A stretch of DNA of 64,000 nt. Source: Anolis carolinensis. Its lineage: Eukaryota. The notes under the pieces are model-generated. The model worked only from the letters and a program-made list of their open reading frames with translations, was not told where the DNA came from and did no database searches. Where the stretch lies: contig NC_085842.1 in NCBI RefSeq assembly GCF_035594765.1, positions 17,398,782 to 17,462,781 of the forward strand, read 5' to 3'. Shown here piece by piece: positions 1 to 17,399 of this stretch. Every line of letters starts with the position of its first letter. Within the stretch, counting starts at the first letter, position 1. The position numbers and the translations under genes are program-made.

Positions 1-427
1 ATTGTTAAATGCAAGCTGTGAGGAGAGGTGGGTAAGGAATAAAATTACTATTATTTGCTGCCACGGCTCCATTGGCTGCCCATCTGTTTCCACACAATTC
101 AAATAGCTGGTTATGACCTATAAAGACCTAATGTCTCAGGTTCAGCCTGTGTGATTGATTGTATCTCCTTATACAAACATACGTGGGCGCTACAATCCCC
201 AAGAGAAGCCCTTCTCTTACTCTCACCACCATGACAAGCATGGTTGGTGGATGGAAAATAACCACTGCCTAGAATTCATCTAATGTGGCAACTCCACCCA
301 AGTGCCAATTGTCTTCTTTGGCTGGCCCCTATATGGATATGGAATGAGCTTGTTTTCTATGGCTTCAGAGGAAGAGACCTGAAACACTGGATAATGTTGA
401 GAACTTGTAAACTGACTTGGTTAACTA

Positions 428-2582
<2,155 letters not shown>

Positions 2583-2914
2583 TTTGGTTCTGTGCTTCTA
2601 GGCTGCTGCCAAAATGGATGAAGATGTGTCCACCTCTTCCCTCAAATGACTTTCAAAGTGTGAGGCCTGGGAGAACTGGTGGAGCCTGCAAAGAAAAGGA
2701 GAGGAATGAGCTCACATAAATATCCTTGAGCAAGGACAATGTTTTGTCATGCATGTTGAATTGCTAGCTGCCTTCTGGATGTGAAGGGAATAGATTCAGG
2801 AGGGATCCTCTCCTTCCCAAAGACCAAAACCATCACCCGGGTCTTGTCCATTACTTGGTCCGTTTCCAGGCAGGTCCTCGGGGGGGGGGGGGGGGCGCTT
2901 GGGCTGTGGGTGGC

Positions 2915-3000
2915 CCTTCCTTCCTTCCTTCCTTCCTTCCTTCCTTCCTTCCTTCCTTCCTTCCTTCCTTCCTTCCTTCCTTCCTTCCTTCCTTCCTTCC
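2915..3000. repeat. (CCTT)n microsatellite
   Basis: Perfect tetranucleotide run. Confidence 0.95.
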
Positions 3001-3054
3001 GGCTTCCCCTCTAGGAACTCCTCCTTCTCCAACCTCCCTCTTTCTCCCATTGTC

Positions 3055-3176
3055 TTACCTCTAGGTGTTTTCGACTTCACCTCCCACAATAACTTCCTGG
3101 AGCCAGAAGCCTGTTAGGAATTGTGGGAGTTGAAGTCCAAAACACCTGGAGGGAAGGCCAAAGTGTTCCCATGCCT
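3055..3176. mobile_element. Palindromic hAT-type (URR1-like) MITE remnant; related copies near 13525-13702, 38952-39063, 49964-50035
   Basis: Inverted arms ggtgttttcgacttcacctcccacaat / attgtgggagttgaagtccaaaacacc, ending cccatgcctg. Confidence 0.6.
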
Positions 3177-3299
3177 GGGCTAGCCTGTTTCCACTATTTT
3201 CCTCATAATCAACCAAATGTATCCTGCTAATTTTCCCTTCACTGGAGTTCCTCTATTTTGAAGCAGATGAAAGCCTCAGCGGGACCTAGCAACTGTACC

Positions 3300-3844
3300 C
3301 CAAACTTTATCAAACTAAACCCTTCAATAAATGCATTCAATGATACTTTGGGGTATACTGTATTAATATTGTATCAGGTCAGAATCAAATGTATTGTGAA
3401 GGCACTTGTTCCCCAGGGATGATAACCCAATATAGACTAAAGAGGAAAATGAAACAAGAAAAGAAACAATAAGTGATGTTTATAAATTATTGCTAGAAGA
3501 TAAACAGAAACAAGATCACCTTAGAAAATTATAGGGAAAAAATTGAATAAACAAGAATGGAAAAGAATATGGAATTTTTGTATTTAAAAAAAAATAAGTC
3601 TATAAGAATTAAGGGAAATTATTATAAAGGAATATGGAGGTGGTATTTAATGCATTAGATTAAATCAGATAGACAAGAAATACTCTAACCAATGTTGGAG
3701 AGGTTGCCAGGAAGCAGGTCCATACATTCCTATGCGGTGGTCATGTAAATTTATTTTTAAAAATTAGAAGACAATACTTAAAGAAATAAGGGCAATAATA
3801 TAAATAAAATTAAAAATGCACCAGAACAATGATTTTATAAGCTA
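3300..3844 (+). mobile_element. L1/Tx1-clade LINE ORF2 C-terminal fragment (continues 4428-4550; paralogous copies about 13830-14520 and 50150-51760)
   Basis: A-rich decayed coding sequence reading KQEWKRIW..ENYYKGIWRWYL..CWRGCQE.G...W.C (RT zinc-knuckle region). Confidence 0.6.
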
Positions 3845-3998
3845 CTAGCTGTGCCCGGCCACGCGTTGCTGTGGCGAAGTTTGGTGGTATGGGAAATAAA
3901 GTATTTAGGAATTGGTGGTAGTTAAGGTAAAGGGTAAAGGTTTACCCTTTACCTTGAGTCCCCTGATGGGTAAGAAGGGCAGGGTAGAAGTGATGTAA

Positions 3999-4033
<35 letters not shown>

Positions 4034-4427
4034 ATGTTTTACCTTACATTAAGTCCATTATAAATGGGTTATATAGCTGTGTGGAAGGGCCTTGAGTCTA
4101 CACTGCCATATAATCCAGTTAAAATCAGATAATCTGTATTTTATAGGCAGTGTGGAAGAGGCCTAAGTGAGGCCTAACTCTGCCTGTCCCCTGGGTTGAA
4201 TGGATTGCTAGGAGACCAAGTGGGTGGAGCTTAGCCTTCTAACTGACAGCAATTGGATAAAAACAATTATTCCTCTTCCTCTAATTAGGACTTTATTTTT
4301 TTCTTTTTGTTGTATGAACATAGAGGCATGGATGAGGGGTTGTGCTACCAAGTTTAGGTTTTCTGGGATGTGTAGTTTTGTTGTTTTGTCCTAGGCCGAA
4401 ATTTCATTACCCTTTTATATATATAGA
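3845..4427 (-). mobile_element. Non-autonomous Helitron
   Basis: Minus strand starts TCTATATATATAAAA and ends with hairpin GCCACAGCAACGCGTGGC followed by CTAG. It is inserted between A and T with no TSD; the empty site gcta|tatt is seen at about 14355 and 51591. Confidence 0.85.
3956..4037 (+). mobile_element. Short retroposon 3' end with (TAAA)n tail nested in the Helitron
   Basis: gagtcccc..gtaagaagggcaggg..(taaa)n flanked by the 8-bp direct repeat tttacctt (3948-3955 and 4038-4045). Confidence 0.65.
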
Positions 4428-4550
4428 TATTAAGACATCAATAATTTTTGTCTTGTTTAAATATAATGTACCATAATTTTTAAAAAGGAGGACCTAGAAA
4501 CTGTATCCCAAACTTTATCAGCCTTCAAGCCTCCACTGGTAATTTGTTTG

Positions 4551-4554
<4 letters not shown>

Positions 4555-4589
<35 letters not shown>

Positions 4590-5057
4590 CTTTATTTATA
4601 CCCTGCCACCATCTCCCCAATGGGGACTCGGGGCGGCTTACATGGGGCCACGCCCAAAACAATGTAATGTAAACAGCATATAAAAGAACAGCACAACACA
4701 ATACAATAAACAATACAGTAAATAATATCCATTACAAAATAAAACAAGGAGACAATAAAAACAAGGGCAGACCACATGAACATTAAGTAAAAACTCGGGG
4801 TGAGAAAGACATAAAAATAAAAACCAAAAATAAAGACCAGCGAACAGGGTCATAAGGGAGTGGGGTATTCTGGAGGATAGATATTAGGGGGAGCAACGGA
4901 AAAGAAATATAAAATGGTTACTCTCCAAAAGCGCAGTGAAAGAGCCATGTTTTCAAGTCTTTCTTGAAGGCTGCTAGTGTGGGGGCTTGCCTAATCTCCG
5001 CGGGCAGAGAATTCCACAATCGGGGGGCCACAGCAGAAAAGGCCCTCTCCCTTGTTC
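4555..5057 (-). mobile_element. L2 LINE 3' fragment with (TTA)n tail
   Basis: Minus strand encodes ERAFSAVAPRLWNSLPAEIRQAPTLAAFKKDLKTWLF (L2 ORF2 C-terminus), then 3'UTR and a microsatellite tail. Confidence 0.8.
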
Positions 5058-5806
5058 CACAAGGCGGGTCTGGAATTTCGGGAGTGGGGACAGGAGAGCT
5101 TCCCCTGATGAGCGATTCTGATTCTGTTTGCTGGAGTTCTCCTGTCGCATCATTACTATGTGCCAGGAGAGCTCCGGCACCACTCTAATGGAGGCTGGGT
5201 AAGTTATTTTAGTTTTAAAAGGGGGGCTGGAGAGTTTGAGGGAAAGGCTTGGTATCCTCGCTGTTTTATGGACTAACTTAACCCGGAAGAACACGGGAAT
5301 ATTGTCCAGACCTTTTGAGGGAACAGTCCAGAAAGCAAGTAGTGGCTTTGTCCCACATCTTCCACGAAGGCGCAGAATAAACCCACTAACAAATTAATTC
5401 TTGACAAACCAAAGTTTTCCTGGTTTCTGGTGAATTAATTCGTTTTTCTGTGCGACTTCATCTGAACATCCCGCTTTAAAGTGTGGGAACTCCCGCTTTA
5501 AAACGGCTGTCTGGATGTGCCCAAGGTTATCAGTCTAACAAATGGAAACCAAATTGCTTTGCATAAGTACATGTGATTATATACCACTGAAAAGAAGATT
5601 TTAACTCAAACAAGTTTTTGGCTCTTCTCTGGAAGATCATACTTTTACAAAAAGTTATGATTTTTCAAATGGTTGTGAATATCATTTTTCTCCAAAAGGT
5701 TATGGAGATTCTGGTTTTCCAAAAGGTTATGATCTCTAAAATCTCCTGTGTGGATCCTCTGATGGGAACGTAGACTGTCATTCCAACTGAAACCCTTTAC
5801 ACATTA

Positions 5807-5995
<189 letters not shown>

Positions 5996-6061
5996 CTACG
6001 TGGCTCCCTTGATGGGAATGCAGATTGTTGCTGAGACTGAAGTTCTTTCCATATTCTTGGC

Positions 6062-8931
<2,870 letters not shown>

Positions 8932-9121
8932 ATTTGGGTTTGGGAGGTAGAGGACTTGCCATTCTTTTACATTTATAATTCAAATACTGTGCCAGGTGTT
9001 CACAGATATTACCTACTGAACAGCACCGTGGTCTTGGCGCTGCTGTAGACTTCTGCTGGCTTTCTGCTGGCGCCGTTACCTTCCCGCCGGAGCGGTACCT
9101 ATTGATCTATTGACATTTGCA

Positions 9122-9620
9122 TGAGGGAGGGGCCGAGGAGGGGCAGAAAGCAGACCCTGCCGGACAAAGGCCTGGCGGCATCCCGGGTGGGTGGTGCGTG
9201 GAGGGAAGCGGGCAAGGGATCCAGAGGGAGAGGCAGGAGGTGGGCCGTGGCTGAAGGGGCCGGGAAAGCCCGTCTCTCCCTCGGGGCCAGGCCTGGGCAC
9301 ACTCACCGGCTGCGGGGCGAGAGGCTCCGGCCCTGAGGAGGGCGAGGCTGAGGGAGTCGGAGCCCCCAACACACCCACCGAGGGAGGGCCAGGCCTGGCC
9401 AAGATGGCGCCCGAGCCCAGGCTCCTCTCCTCCAAAAGGGAGCTGGGGAGGAAGTGCGTCACGGCCTCCTCCCCTCTGAGCACTTCCTGCCTCTCTGGGA
9501 AGCGGAGCCCCTCTCGCTCTACTTCCGCCTGGCCCAGAGGCGTGCCAAAGAAGGCGGGGCTCAGCGTTAAAAGAACCGCAAAGGGGGAGAGAGCCAGCCC
9601 GCCAAGACGCAGTAGGAGCC
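9122..9620 (-). promoter_or_regulatory. CpG-island promoter and non-coding exon 1 of gene A (donor after 9307)
   Basis: GC/CpG-rich; YY1 motif CAAGATGGCGCC at 9400-9411; ETS/CRE composite GGAAGTGCGTCAC and further ACTTCC sites; minus-strand donor CCG|GTGAGT at 9301-9307. Confidence 0.7.
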
Positions 9621-9866
9621 GCCTGCCTGCCTTCCTCCCCTTTCTTCTCTTCTTCACTCCCTCCCTTCTTCCCCTCTTCCTTCCCCCTTCTACTCTTCCC
9701 ACCTCCCTCCTTCCTCAGCTCTTTAAGCCGCTCCTCATAGGGATTCATGGTTTCCAGACCTTTGATCGTTTGAGTCTCCCTCCTCTGGACACTTTCCAGC
9801 TTGTTAATACATTTCTTGAATTGTGGTGCCCAGAATTGCAGGGTATTCTAGGTGAGGTCTTACCAT

Positions 9867-10180
9867 AAAGGTGAAGGATTTCCCCTGACTTTAGAGATCC
9901 AGTCATGTCCAACTCTGGGGGTTGGTGCTCATCTCCATTTCTAAGTCAAACAGCCGACGTTGTCCATAGACACCTCCAAGGTCATGTGGCCATAGGCATG
10001 TCTGCATGGAGCGCCGTTACCTTCCCGCCAAAGCGGTACTTATTGATCTATTGACATTTGCATGTTTACGAGCTGCTAGGTTGGCAGAAGCTGGGGCTAA
10101 CAGCGGGAGCTCACCTCGCTCCCCGGATTTGAACTGCCGACCTTTTGGTCAGGAAGTTCAACAGCTCATCGGTTTAACCA
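9867..10180 (-). mobile_element. Sauria SINE
   Basis: Family-typical body (ctctgggggttggtgctcatctccatttctaag...ggagcgccgttaccttcccg) with an aaaggt tail on the plus strand; a fragment also at 9068-9122. Confidence 0.8.
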
Positions 10181-10199
10181 AGGGCTTACCCTAGGCGTC

Positions 10200-11240
10200 A
10201 TTTTTTCCCTTGATCATTCTAGACACTATACTCGGTTTGATAAAGCCCAAAGCACCGTTGGGTTTTTTAGCTTCTGCATCCCATTGTTGGGTCATGTTTA
10301 ACTAGTTGTCCACTAAGATCTCTTTCACATGCACTGTTGTTGAGCCAATCATCACCCATCCTGTATCTTTCAATTGTATTTTTTCTGCTCAAGTATAGTG
10401 TTTTACATTTCTCTTTGCTGAAATTCATTTTGTTGCTTTAGGCCCAACTCTCTAATCTGTTAAGGTTGTTTTCAATTCTGATTCTGTCTTCTGTAGTAAT
10501 TAGCTTTCCCTCCTAATTTGGTGTCATCTGCAAACTTGATAGTCATGCCCTCTTAACCTTCATCCAACACATGAATAAAGAGGTTGAACAGAACTGGGCC
10601 CAGGACCGATCCCTGCTTATGGCACTCCACTAGATACTTATTTCCAGGATTAAGAAGAACTATTGGTGAACACCCTTTGGGTTCGGTCGCTTAACCTATA
10701 ACAAATCCACCCAACAATAGTATTATCTAGCCCGAATTCTACTAGTATATTTGAAAGGAGATCAGGGGGGACCTTGTCAAAGGCCTGACCGAAATCAAGA
10801 TATACTACGTCCACAGCCTTTCTTGCATCTACAAAGTTTATAACTTCCGCAAAAAAATGAAATAAGATCAGTCTACCATGACTTCTTTTGGAGAAATCCG
10901 TGTTGACCTTTAGTGATCATACCATTCTTTTCTAAGTGATCACAGACTGCCTTCTTAACAATCTGTTTCTGCATCTTTCATAGTATTGATATCAGGCTGA
11001 ACATAGTGTAATTGTTCTGATCCCCTTTTTCCCTTATTGAAGATAGGAATAATTTTCCCCCCTCCAGTCTGCTGGGACTTCTCTCGTTCTCCAAGAATTC
11101 TCAAGATTTATTGCTAGTGGTTCTGAAACAACTCCTGCTAGTTCCTTCAATACTCTTGGGTGTAGTTCATCTGCCCCTGGAGACTTGAAGTTGTCTAGAG
11201 TAGCCAGGTAAACTACTTCCTTACATAGTTTGGGTTGCAT
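10200..11240 (-). mobile_element. Old CR1 LINE RT fragment
   Basis: Decayed minus-strand [17 protein letters not shown]...EVPADWR and DFGQAFDKVP / FADDTKL motifs. Confidence 0.8.
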
Positions 11241-11780
11241 GTCCCCTTTTGCATCATCCGCCCCATATCACCCCCTCTGCATTCTGCTTTCCACCTGCTT
11301 TTTTCCCAACAGGCCACAGATGTTGGGGTGGAGCGGTAGGTTTAGAGCCAAATGAATCACTCAGATAAATCTATGCCAATCTAAGGCCCCGCTCTGGGTT
11401 GAATAATTTCAAGTCATTTCCGTATCATTTGGTAACCTTGATTGATGGCCTACAGAGGGACAAAGACAGATGTGGAGGATGTGTCCCTATTGATTCCAAT
11501 GAACATTTCGGCAGGTAATAATACCATCAACAATGGTATCCTTCCTTGGTATGTGGGAATTGGAGGAATTTTACAGCGGCTTTGTTACTTCCTGGAGAGG
11601 CAAACCCAGAAAGTGCTGATGGGTTTGCCTGTTCGATCCCTTGCCCATTGACTGTGGGATCCCCCGACCATCTGTCTTGTCCCCTATGTATTTAACAGAT
11701 ATGGGAGAGCTCATCCAGAAATTTGGAGTGTGGTGCCTCTATATGCAGATGACACCAAGCTCTACTCCTCCTTTCCAACT

Positions 11781-12078
11781 TTTTTTATTTCGTGTCAAAA
11801 GCATTGCATAATAAATAAGTTTAAAAGTGATAAAATAAAGGAATCACAAACAGCTAAATAGTTTTGGATCAAAAGCGGGCAACAGCAATCGCATTGTCCG
11901 GAGCTTTAAACAACTCCTCCTCCATGCATGAGGGAACACGGAAAGAGCCTCCTCGAAGACTGAGTAAATCCAGTTGGGCGTCCCCTGGGCAACGTTTCTT
12001 GTAAACGGCTGATCTTTCCAACCCAAAAGCATTGCATTGCTTTTAAACATTTTTTAACATTTTAAATGTGTTTTATCT
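11781..12078 (-). mobile_element. Short Vingi-derived insertion with an inverted 5' end
   Basis: 13-bp TSD ctcctttccaact (11768-11780, 12079-12091); empty sites at about 25910 and 43490. 11781-11930 is the reverse complement of the 3' end of the Vingi at about 51330-51480. Confidence 0.8.
11931..12019 (+). ncRNA. HDV-like self-cleaving ribozyme fold (Vingi 5' end)
   Basis: Nested double pseudoknot: P1 AGGGAAC/GTCCCCT (6 of 7 pairs), P2 GGAAAGA/TCTTTCC, P3 GCC/GGC, P1.1 CC/GG, P4 CGTTT/AAACG, J4/2 GCTGA. Confidence 0.6.
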
Positions 12079-14687
12079 CTCCTTTCCAACTAAACCAATG
12101 TCTCTCACTCGTAATGGGCTGGAGGGGGCAAATTGAAACTTAATCCAGAGTAGATAGAGGTGCTACAGGTCGCTCAGAAGGCAGATAAGGGAATAGGGAT
12201 TCAGCCTGTGATGGATGGGGTTACATTACCACTGAAGACACGGTTCCGCAGTTTGGGGGGTGCCCCGGACTTGGCATGGAATCTGGAGTCCCTGGTTTTA
12301 TGCATGGCCAGGAGTGCCTTGCACATTACACATTTTTGCACCTACTGCAGCTGTTCCTTGAGAGGCCAAATCTGCCCTTGGTGTTACATGTCTGTTCTCT
12401 CCCATTTGGAATATTATAATACACTCTACCTGGGGCAGCCTTTGAAGATTTTTAAAATCTTTGGCTGGTCCAAAGAATTGCAATCAGACTGTTAACTAGG
12501 GCTGGTTACAGAGAGAACACAAGTCATTTTTGGGCTTTACATTGGGATACATTTGTACCAAGTTCAGAAATTCCAGTTGTTTCAAAATCCGGCAGCCTCT
12601 TTGGTTACAGGAAGATCCATGAGCGAACATATTACATATATTCTAATGTCACTCCACTGGCTACCAATTAGATTCTGGGCAAAGTGCAAAGTGTTGGCTT
12701 TGACCTTTACAGTCCTACATGCTTTGGGTCCAGGTTACCTACAGGAATGCCTTCTCCCGTACAATCAGCCCCAAAAACTTAGGTCCTCGGGGGGGGGGGG
12801 GGGGTCGGGGGGATCTGCTCCAGCGTGCCAGAACCCGACTGTCAACCGCCATCCAGAGGGCCTGTTCATCAGCAACCCCAAGACTGTGGAATTACCTGCC
12901 ATTAGAGCTCCAACAGCTAGATCAGCTGTTCAAATTTAAGACACAAGTGAAGACCTATCTCTTCCAGAAGACCTACCCAGTCAGTTCTAATGATGAATTT
13001 CTAACTTCAACTATACGTCAAACATTTTTATTGTTTATATTAATAATTTAAAATATGTATTTTTGCAGTGTTTTCAAATGATGATTATGTGTTTTAACAA
13101 TGCTATATCCCACCTCAAGCTGTGAGGAGAGGTGGGTAAGAGATAAAATTACTTTTATTTGCTGCCATGGCTCCACTGGCTGCCCATCTGTTTCCACACA
13201 ATTCAAATTGCTGGTTATGACCTATAAAGACCAAAATGGCCAGATTGAGCCTGTTTGATTGATTGTATCTCCTTGAGCAAGGATAATGTTTTGTCATGCA
13301 TGTTGAATTGCTGACTGTCTTCTGGATGTGGAGGGAATAGATTCAGGAGGGATCCTCTCCTTCCCAAAGACCTAAACCATCACTCAGGCCTTCTCCATTA
13401 CTTGGTCCGTTTCCAGGCAGGTCCTCCGGGGGGGGGGGGGCTTGGGCTGTGGGTGGCCTTTCCTTCCTTCCTTCCTTCCTTCCTGCTTCCCCTCTAGGAA
13501 CTCCTCCTTCTCCAACTCGGGCCCCAGCCATGGGCAAACCTCCCTCCCTCCCTTCCCTCTCCCTCCTTCTCCCATTGTCTTACCTCCAGGTGTTTTCGAC
13601 TTCACTTCCCACAATAACTTCCTAGAGGCAGAAGCCTGTTAGGAATTGTGGGAGTTGAAGTCCAAAACACCTGGAGGGAAGGCCAAAGTTTGCCCATGCC
13701 TGGGCTAGCCTGTCTCCACTGTCTTCCTCCAAATCAACCAAATGTAACCTGCTAATTTTCCCTTCACTGGAGTTCCTCTATTTTGAAGCAGATGGAAGCC
13801 TCAAGAGGACCTAGCAACTGTACCCTCAAACTAAACCCTTCAATAAGTGCCTTGAATGATACTTTGGGGTATACTGTATTAATATTGTATAAGGTCGGAA
13901 TCAAATGTATTGTGAAGGCACCTGTTCCCCAGGGATGGTAACCCAGAGAGAGACTAAAGAGGAAAATGAAACAAGAAAAGGAAAAATAAGTGATGTTTAT
14001 AAATTATTGCTAGAAGATAAACAGAAACAAGATCACCTTAGAAAATTATTGGGAAAAATTGAATAAACAAGAATGGAAAAGAATATGGAATTTTGTATTT
14101 TTCAAAAATAAGTCTATAAGAATTAAGGAAAATTATTATAAAGGAATATGGAGGTGGCATTTAACCCATTAGATTAAATCAGATAGACAAGAAATACTCT
14201 AACCAATGTTGGAGAGGCTGCCAGGAAGTAGGTTCATACATTCCTATGTGTTGGTTATGTAAATTTATTTTTTAAAAAATTGGAAGACAATATTTAAAGA
14301 AATAAGGCAATAATAAAAATAAAATAAAAATACACCAGATCAATGATTTTATAAGCTATATTAAGACATCAATACTTTTTGTCTTGTTTAAATTTAATGT
14401 ACCATAATTTTAAAAAAGGAGGACTTAGCAACTGTATCCCAAACTTTATCAACCTTCAAGCCTCCACTGGTAATTTGTTTGTATGTGATTCTGATTGCTT
14501 ACTGTATTGTATATGTATGTTTTTTGTATGCAGCTTTCCCTTTATTCTGTTTCTTGAGCTTGTGAGAAGGGCTGCAGACCACATGATCAGATCTGAGACT
14601 GCTCAGAGCTCAGACTCCATTTAGGAGAACAGACTCCAATAGACTCTCAGACTGAAACGATGCCATGTAGACTACGGACTGTTAAGA

Positions 14688-16971
14688 CCCCCTCGATGGA
14701 TTGTCACCTTGCCGTGGTGAGGGGGCTTGCGTGTTCTGATGAACCTGCGGGTACAACCACTGGAGTCACACACTCCCAGGAGTGGCCGCAGGGGAGGTTC
14801 CAGACCAAGCACAATCCGAAGACCCAAAGACCTCAATGGCGGAGCAGGTGGAGGATAACATGATACATGTTACAACGGCTGTGAAGGCGGAAGAAGGCTG
14901 CAACAGACTGAGAAGCCACTCTCGTTGTGTTAACCACACCACTGCTGGGACCTCATTCTGTGAAGACTGTGTGTTGACCGGCCGTGCACCGACCTCCACA
15001 CATCACGCATAGGCATCTTCCAAGAAAAATTAAAACAAACCAAAAAAGTCCCATGGCGATTAGCAAGTGGCGACAGGGGCAGGACTGTGAAATCTGGAAG
15101 CCCCTAGTCACAGACTGGCACATGGGCGGTGGATATGGACTCAGTCGTTCTACCTCAAGGATCGAGGCAGTTGAGTAGTCCGGGAGCTGTATCCATGACT
15201 AAGCAGCCCTTTTTAGGATCCGCTCTGCTCACCCCACATGGGGAAGGGGCTAGAAAAGGTGCCCTAAACATAGACTGTCTCTCCTACCCTGACTGGACTG
15301 CCGCGTCCAGAGGGGTCACCACTCTGCGGCCAAAAAAGAGAAATGAACTTTGGAACATGGAACGTATGGACACTGTTGGATAACACTGACAGCGAACGCC
15401 CCGAACACAGGACTGCTATCATTGCAAGGGAGCTGGGACGCTTTAAGATCGACATAGCAGCTCTTCAGGAGACCCGGAGAGCAGGAGAGGGACAGCTGAA
15501 GGTAGAAAAAGGAGGCTACACCTTCTTCTGGAAGGGACTGCCTGAAGAAGAGCGAAGAATACACGGAGTTGGCTTTGCTATCAGAAATGACCTGGTGAAG
15601 CACCTGACTGAAGCACCCACTGGCATTAATGAACGACTCTCAACCCTCCGAATTAACCTTGCCAAAAACCAACAGGCAACCATTATATGTGCCTATGCAC
15701 CAACACTAGATGCTAACGAAGACATCAAGGAAAAATTTTACTGTCAGCTGGACATCATCCTATCGGAGATACCTAAGAAGGACAAAATCACCCTCCTGGG
15801 GGACTTTAATGCAAGAGTCGGACGGGACTCCGACCTGTGGCCAGGGGAAAAGACGGGGTCGGAAACAGCAACTCGAACGGCATCTTGCTTCTTACCAAAT
15901 GTGGACAGCACAACCTTGTCATCACCAACACACTCTTCCACCAGAAAAACAAGCTCAAGACATTATGGAAGCACCCCCGGTCAAAGCATTGGCACCTCTT
16001 GGACTATGTAATTACACGTGCCAGAGACCGCCGCGATGTGCTTCTCACAAGAGCCATGACAGGTGCTGATGACTGCTGGACAGACCACAGGTTAATCCGA
16101 CCTACGATGGCTATCAAGATCATCCCCAAACGCAGACTCCAAGGAAGAAAACAAGGCGTAAAATGAACATCCAAGCCCTTCAGGAGCCCTCCAAACGAGC
16201 CCTTCACCAAACAACACTCAAGGATCATCTTCCCACAGAACACCCCAAAAATGTTGAGGAACACTGGAACAAACTGAATACCTCCATCATCACAGCCTGT
16301 GAAAAAACCATTGGATACCAAACTAAGAAACATCAAGACTAGTTTAACGATAATGACAAAGAGCTCCAACAGCTAATTGATAACAAAAGGAAAGCCTTCC
16401 AAACATGGCAGAGACACACCAACTGTGCTGCCAAGAAAAAGATTTATGCCAGTGCAAAAGCTGAGGTCCAAAGAAGAACCAGAGAACTCAAGAACATCTG
16501 GTGGACAAAGAAGGCTGAAGAAATCCAACACCTTGCAGATACCCATGATGCTCAGGGATTTTTCAAAGCCACAAAGATAATTTACGGACCAAGAAACCAT
16601 GGCATACACCCCCTACGCTCATCAGATGGAACCAAAATTCTGAAGGACAAAACATCAATTGCACTACGTTGGAAAGAGCACTACCAGAACCTGCTGAATT
16701 GCAGCTCCAATGTGGCCGAAGAGACCCTCTCACAAATCCTGCAACAACAAACCAGGGATGAGCTTGCAGCACTGCCTAGTTTGGAAGAAGTTAGCAATGC
16801 CATCAGCCAACAAAAAAACAACAAAGCCAGCGGACCTGATGGGATTCCTGCTGAAATCTTCAAAGAGGGTGGATCTGACCTGAAACAACTACTCCACCAG
16901 CTCATTGAAAAGGTGTGGGTGTTTGAAGAGAAAATCCCAGCAGACTTCAAGGATGCCACCATCATCTCCAC
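14688..16971 (+). mobile_element. RTE-clade LINE, 5' UTR plus AP-endonuclease region, 3'-truncated and frameshifted
   Basis: MNFGTWNV.TLLDN..RPE.RTA..ARELGRF.IDIAALQETR, LLGDFNARVG, HPRSKHWHLLDY, WTDHRLI, KASGPDGIPAE motifs. Confidence 0.9.
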
Positions 16972-17399
16972 TAGGGGTGCATCCAGACAGCCCTTTAAAC
17001 CGAGAACATTCGCGTTTGAAAATCCCCCTCCCCCAAAACCCTGATTGAAAGCCCTGATCTCAATCACACAAAAGGACAGGTTGTTTCCAAAGAGTATCAA
17101 ATAACACAAGAGGCCGCAGTTGGCAATGGCAAAGGAATGAGATTTACTTGGGAATCGGACTCAGGAATCAAAATGGAACCCAGTTTGGGGAAACTTACCT
17201 TACAAATCAGTGTCAGCTCCAGTGAGAGAGAACACACTGAAAACTACCCCCAAATGGTCTCCCTGTCCACTGAAACCCCGCGGGATTCCCACAAGAGTGT
17301 CCCAATTCTGCTGGAGAGATTGCGCCGCCTCACGAGGCGGGGCCCAGGGTGTCTCTCGGGCCCAAGTAAGAGGCCTCAGGGCTGCCAAAGGCCTCGCCT

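Larger units (their letters stand above)
11428..12990 (+). mobile_element. Old L2 LINE fragment carried in the KRAB-ZnF intron (paralogous copies about 25520-26930, 43100-44390, 62790-64000)
   Basis: [14 protein letters not shown] motif and [31 protein letters not shown]-terminal motif. Confidence 0.8.

Noticed and set aside
365-378. Possible mini terminal exon after KRAB (GLFL*) and CAG|ATTGAGTCCTGA at 1627, giving finger-less isoforms
   Set aside because: Conservation among paralogs is explained by recent duplication; the intron would be only 69 nt and no poly(A) support was identified.
2781-3117. ORFs with PSFL/EGRK repeats
   Set aside because: Translations of the (CCTT)n microsatellite.
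9076-9868. Long Pro/Gly/Arg-rich ORFs (also 17137-17886, 31807-32511, 39003-39861, 54380-55114)
   Set aside because: Expected stop-poor frames in GC-rich islands; frames are not conserved between paralogous promoters and show no domain signal.
14736-14800. CTGATGA in the RTE leader as a hammerhead core
   Set aside because: No GAAA after the candidate stem II.
16973-17000. Harbinger-like TIR (GGGTGCATCCAGACAG) truncating the RTE; a similar end at about 5507-5523
   Set aside because: Only single ends are visible; partner TIR and TSD were not identified.
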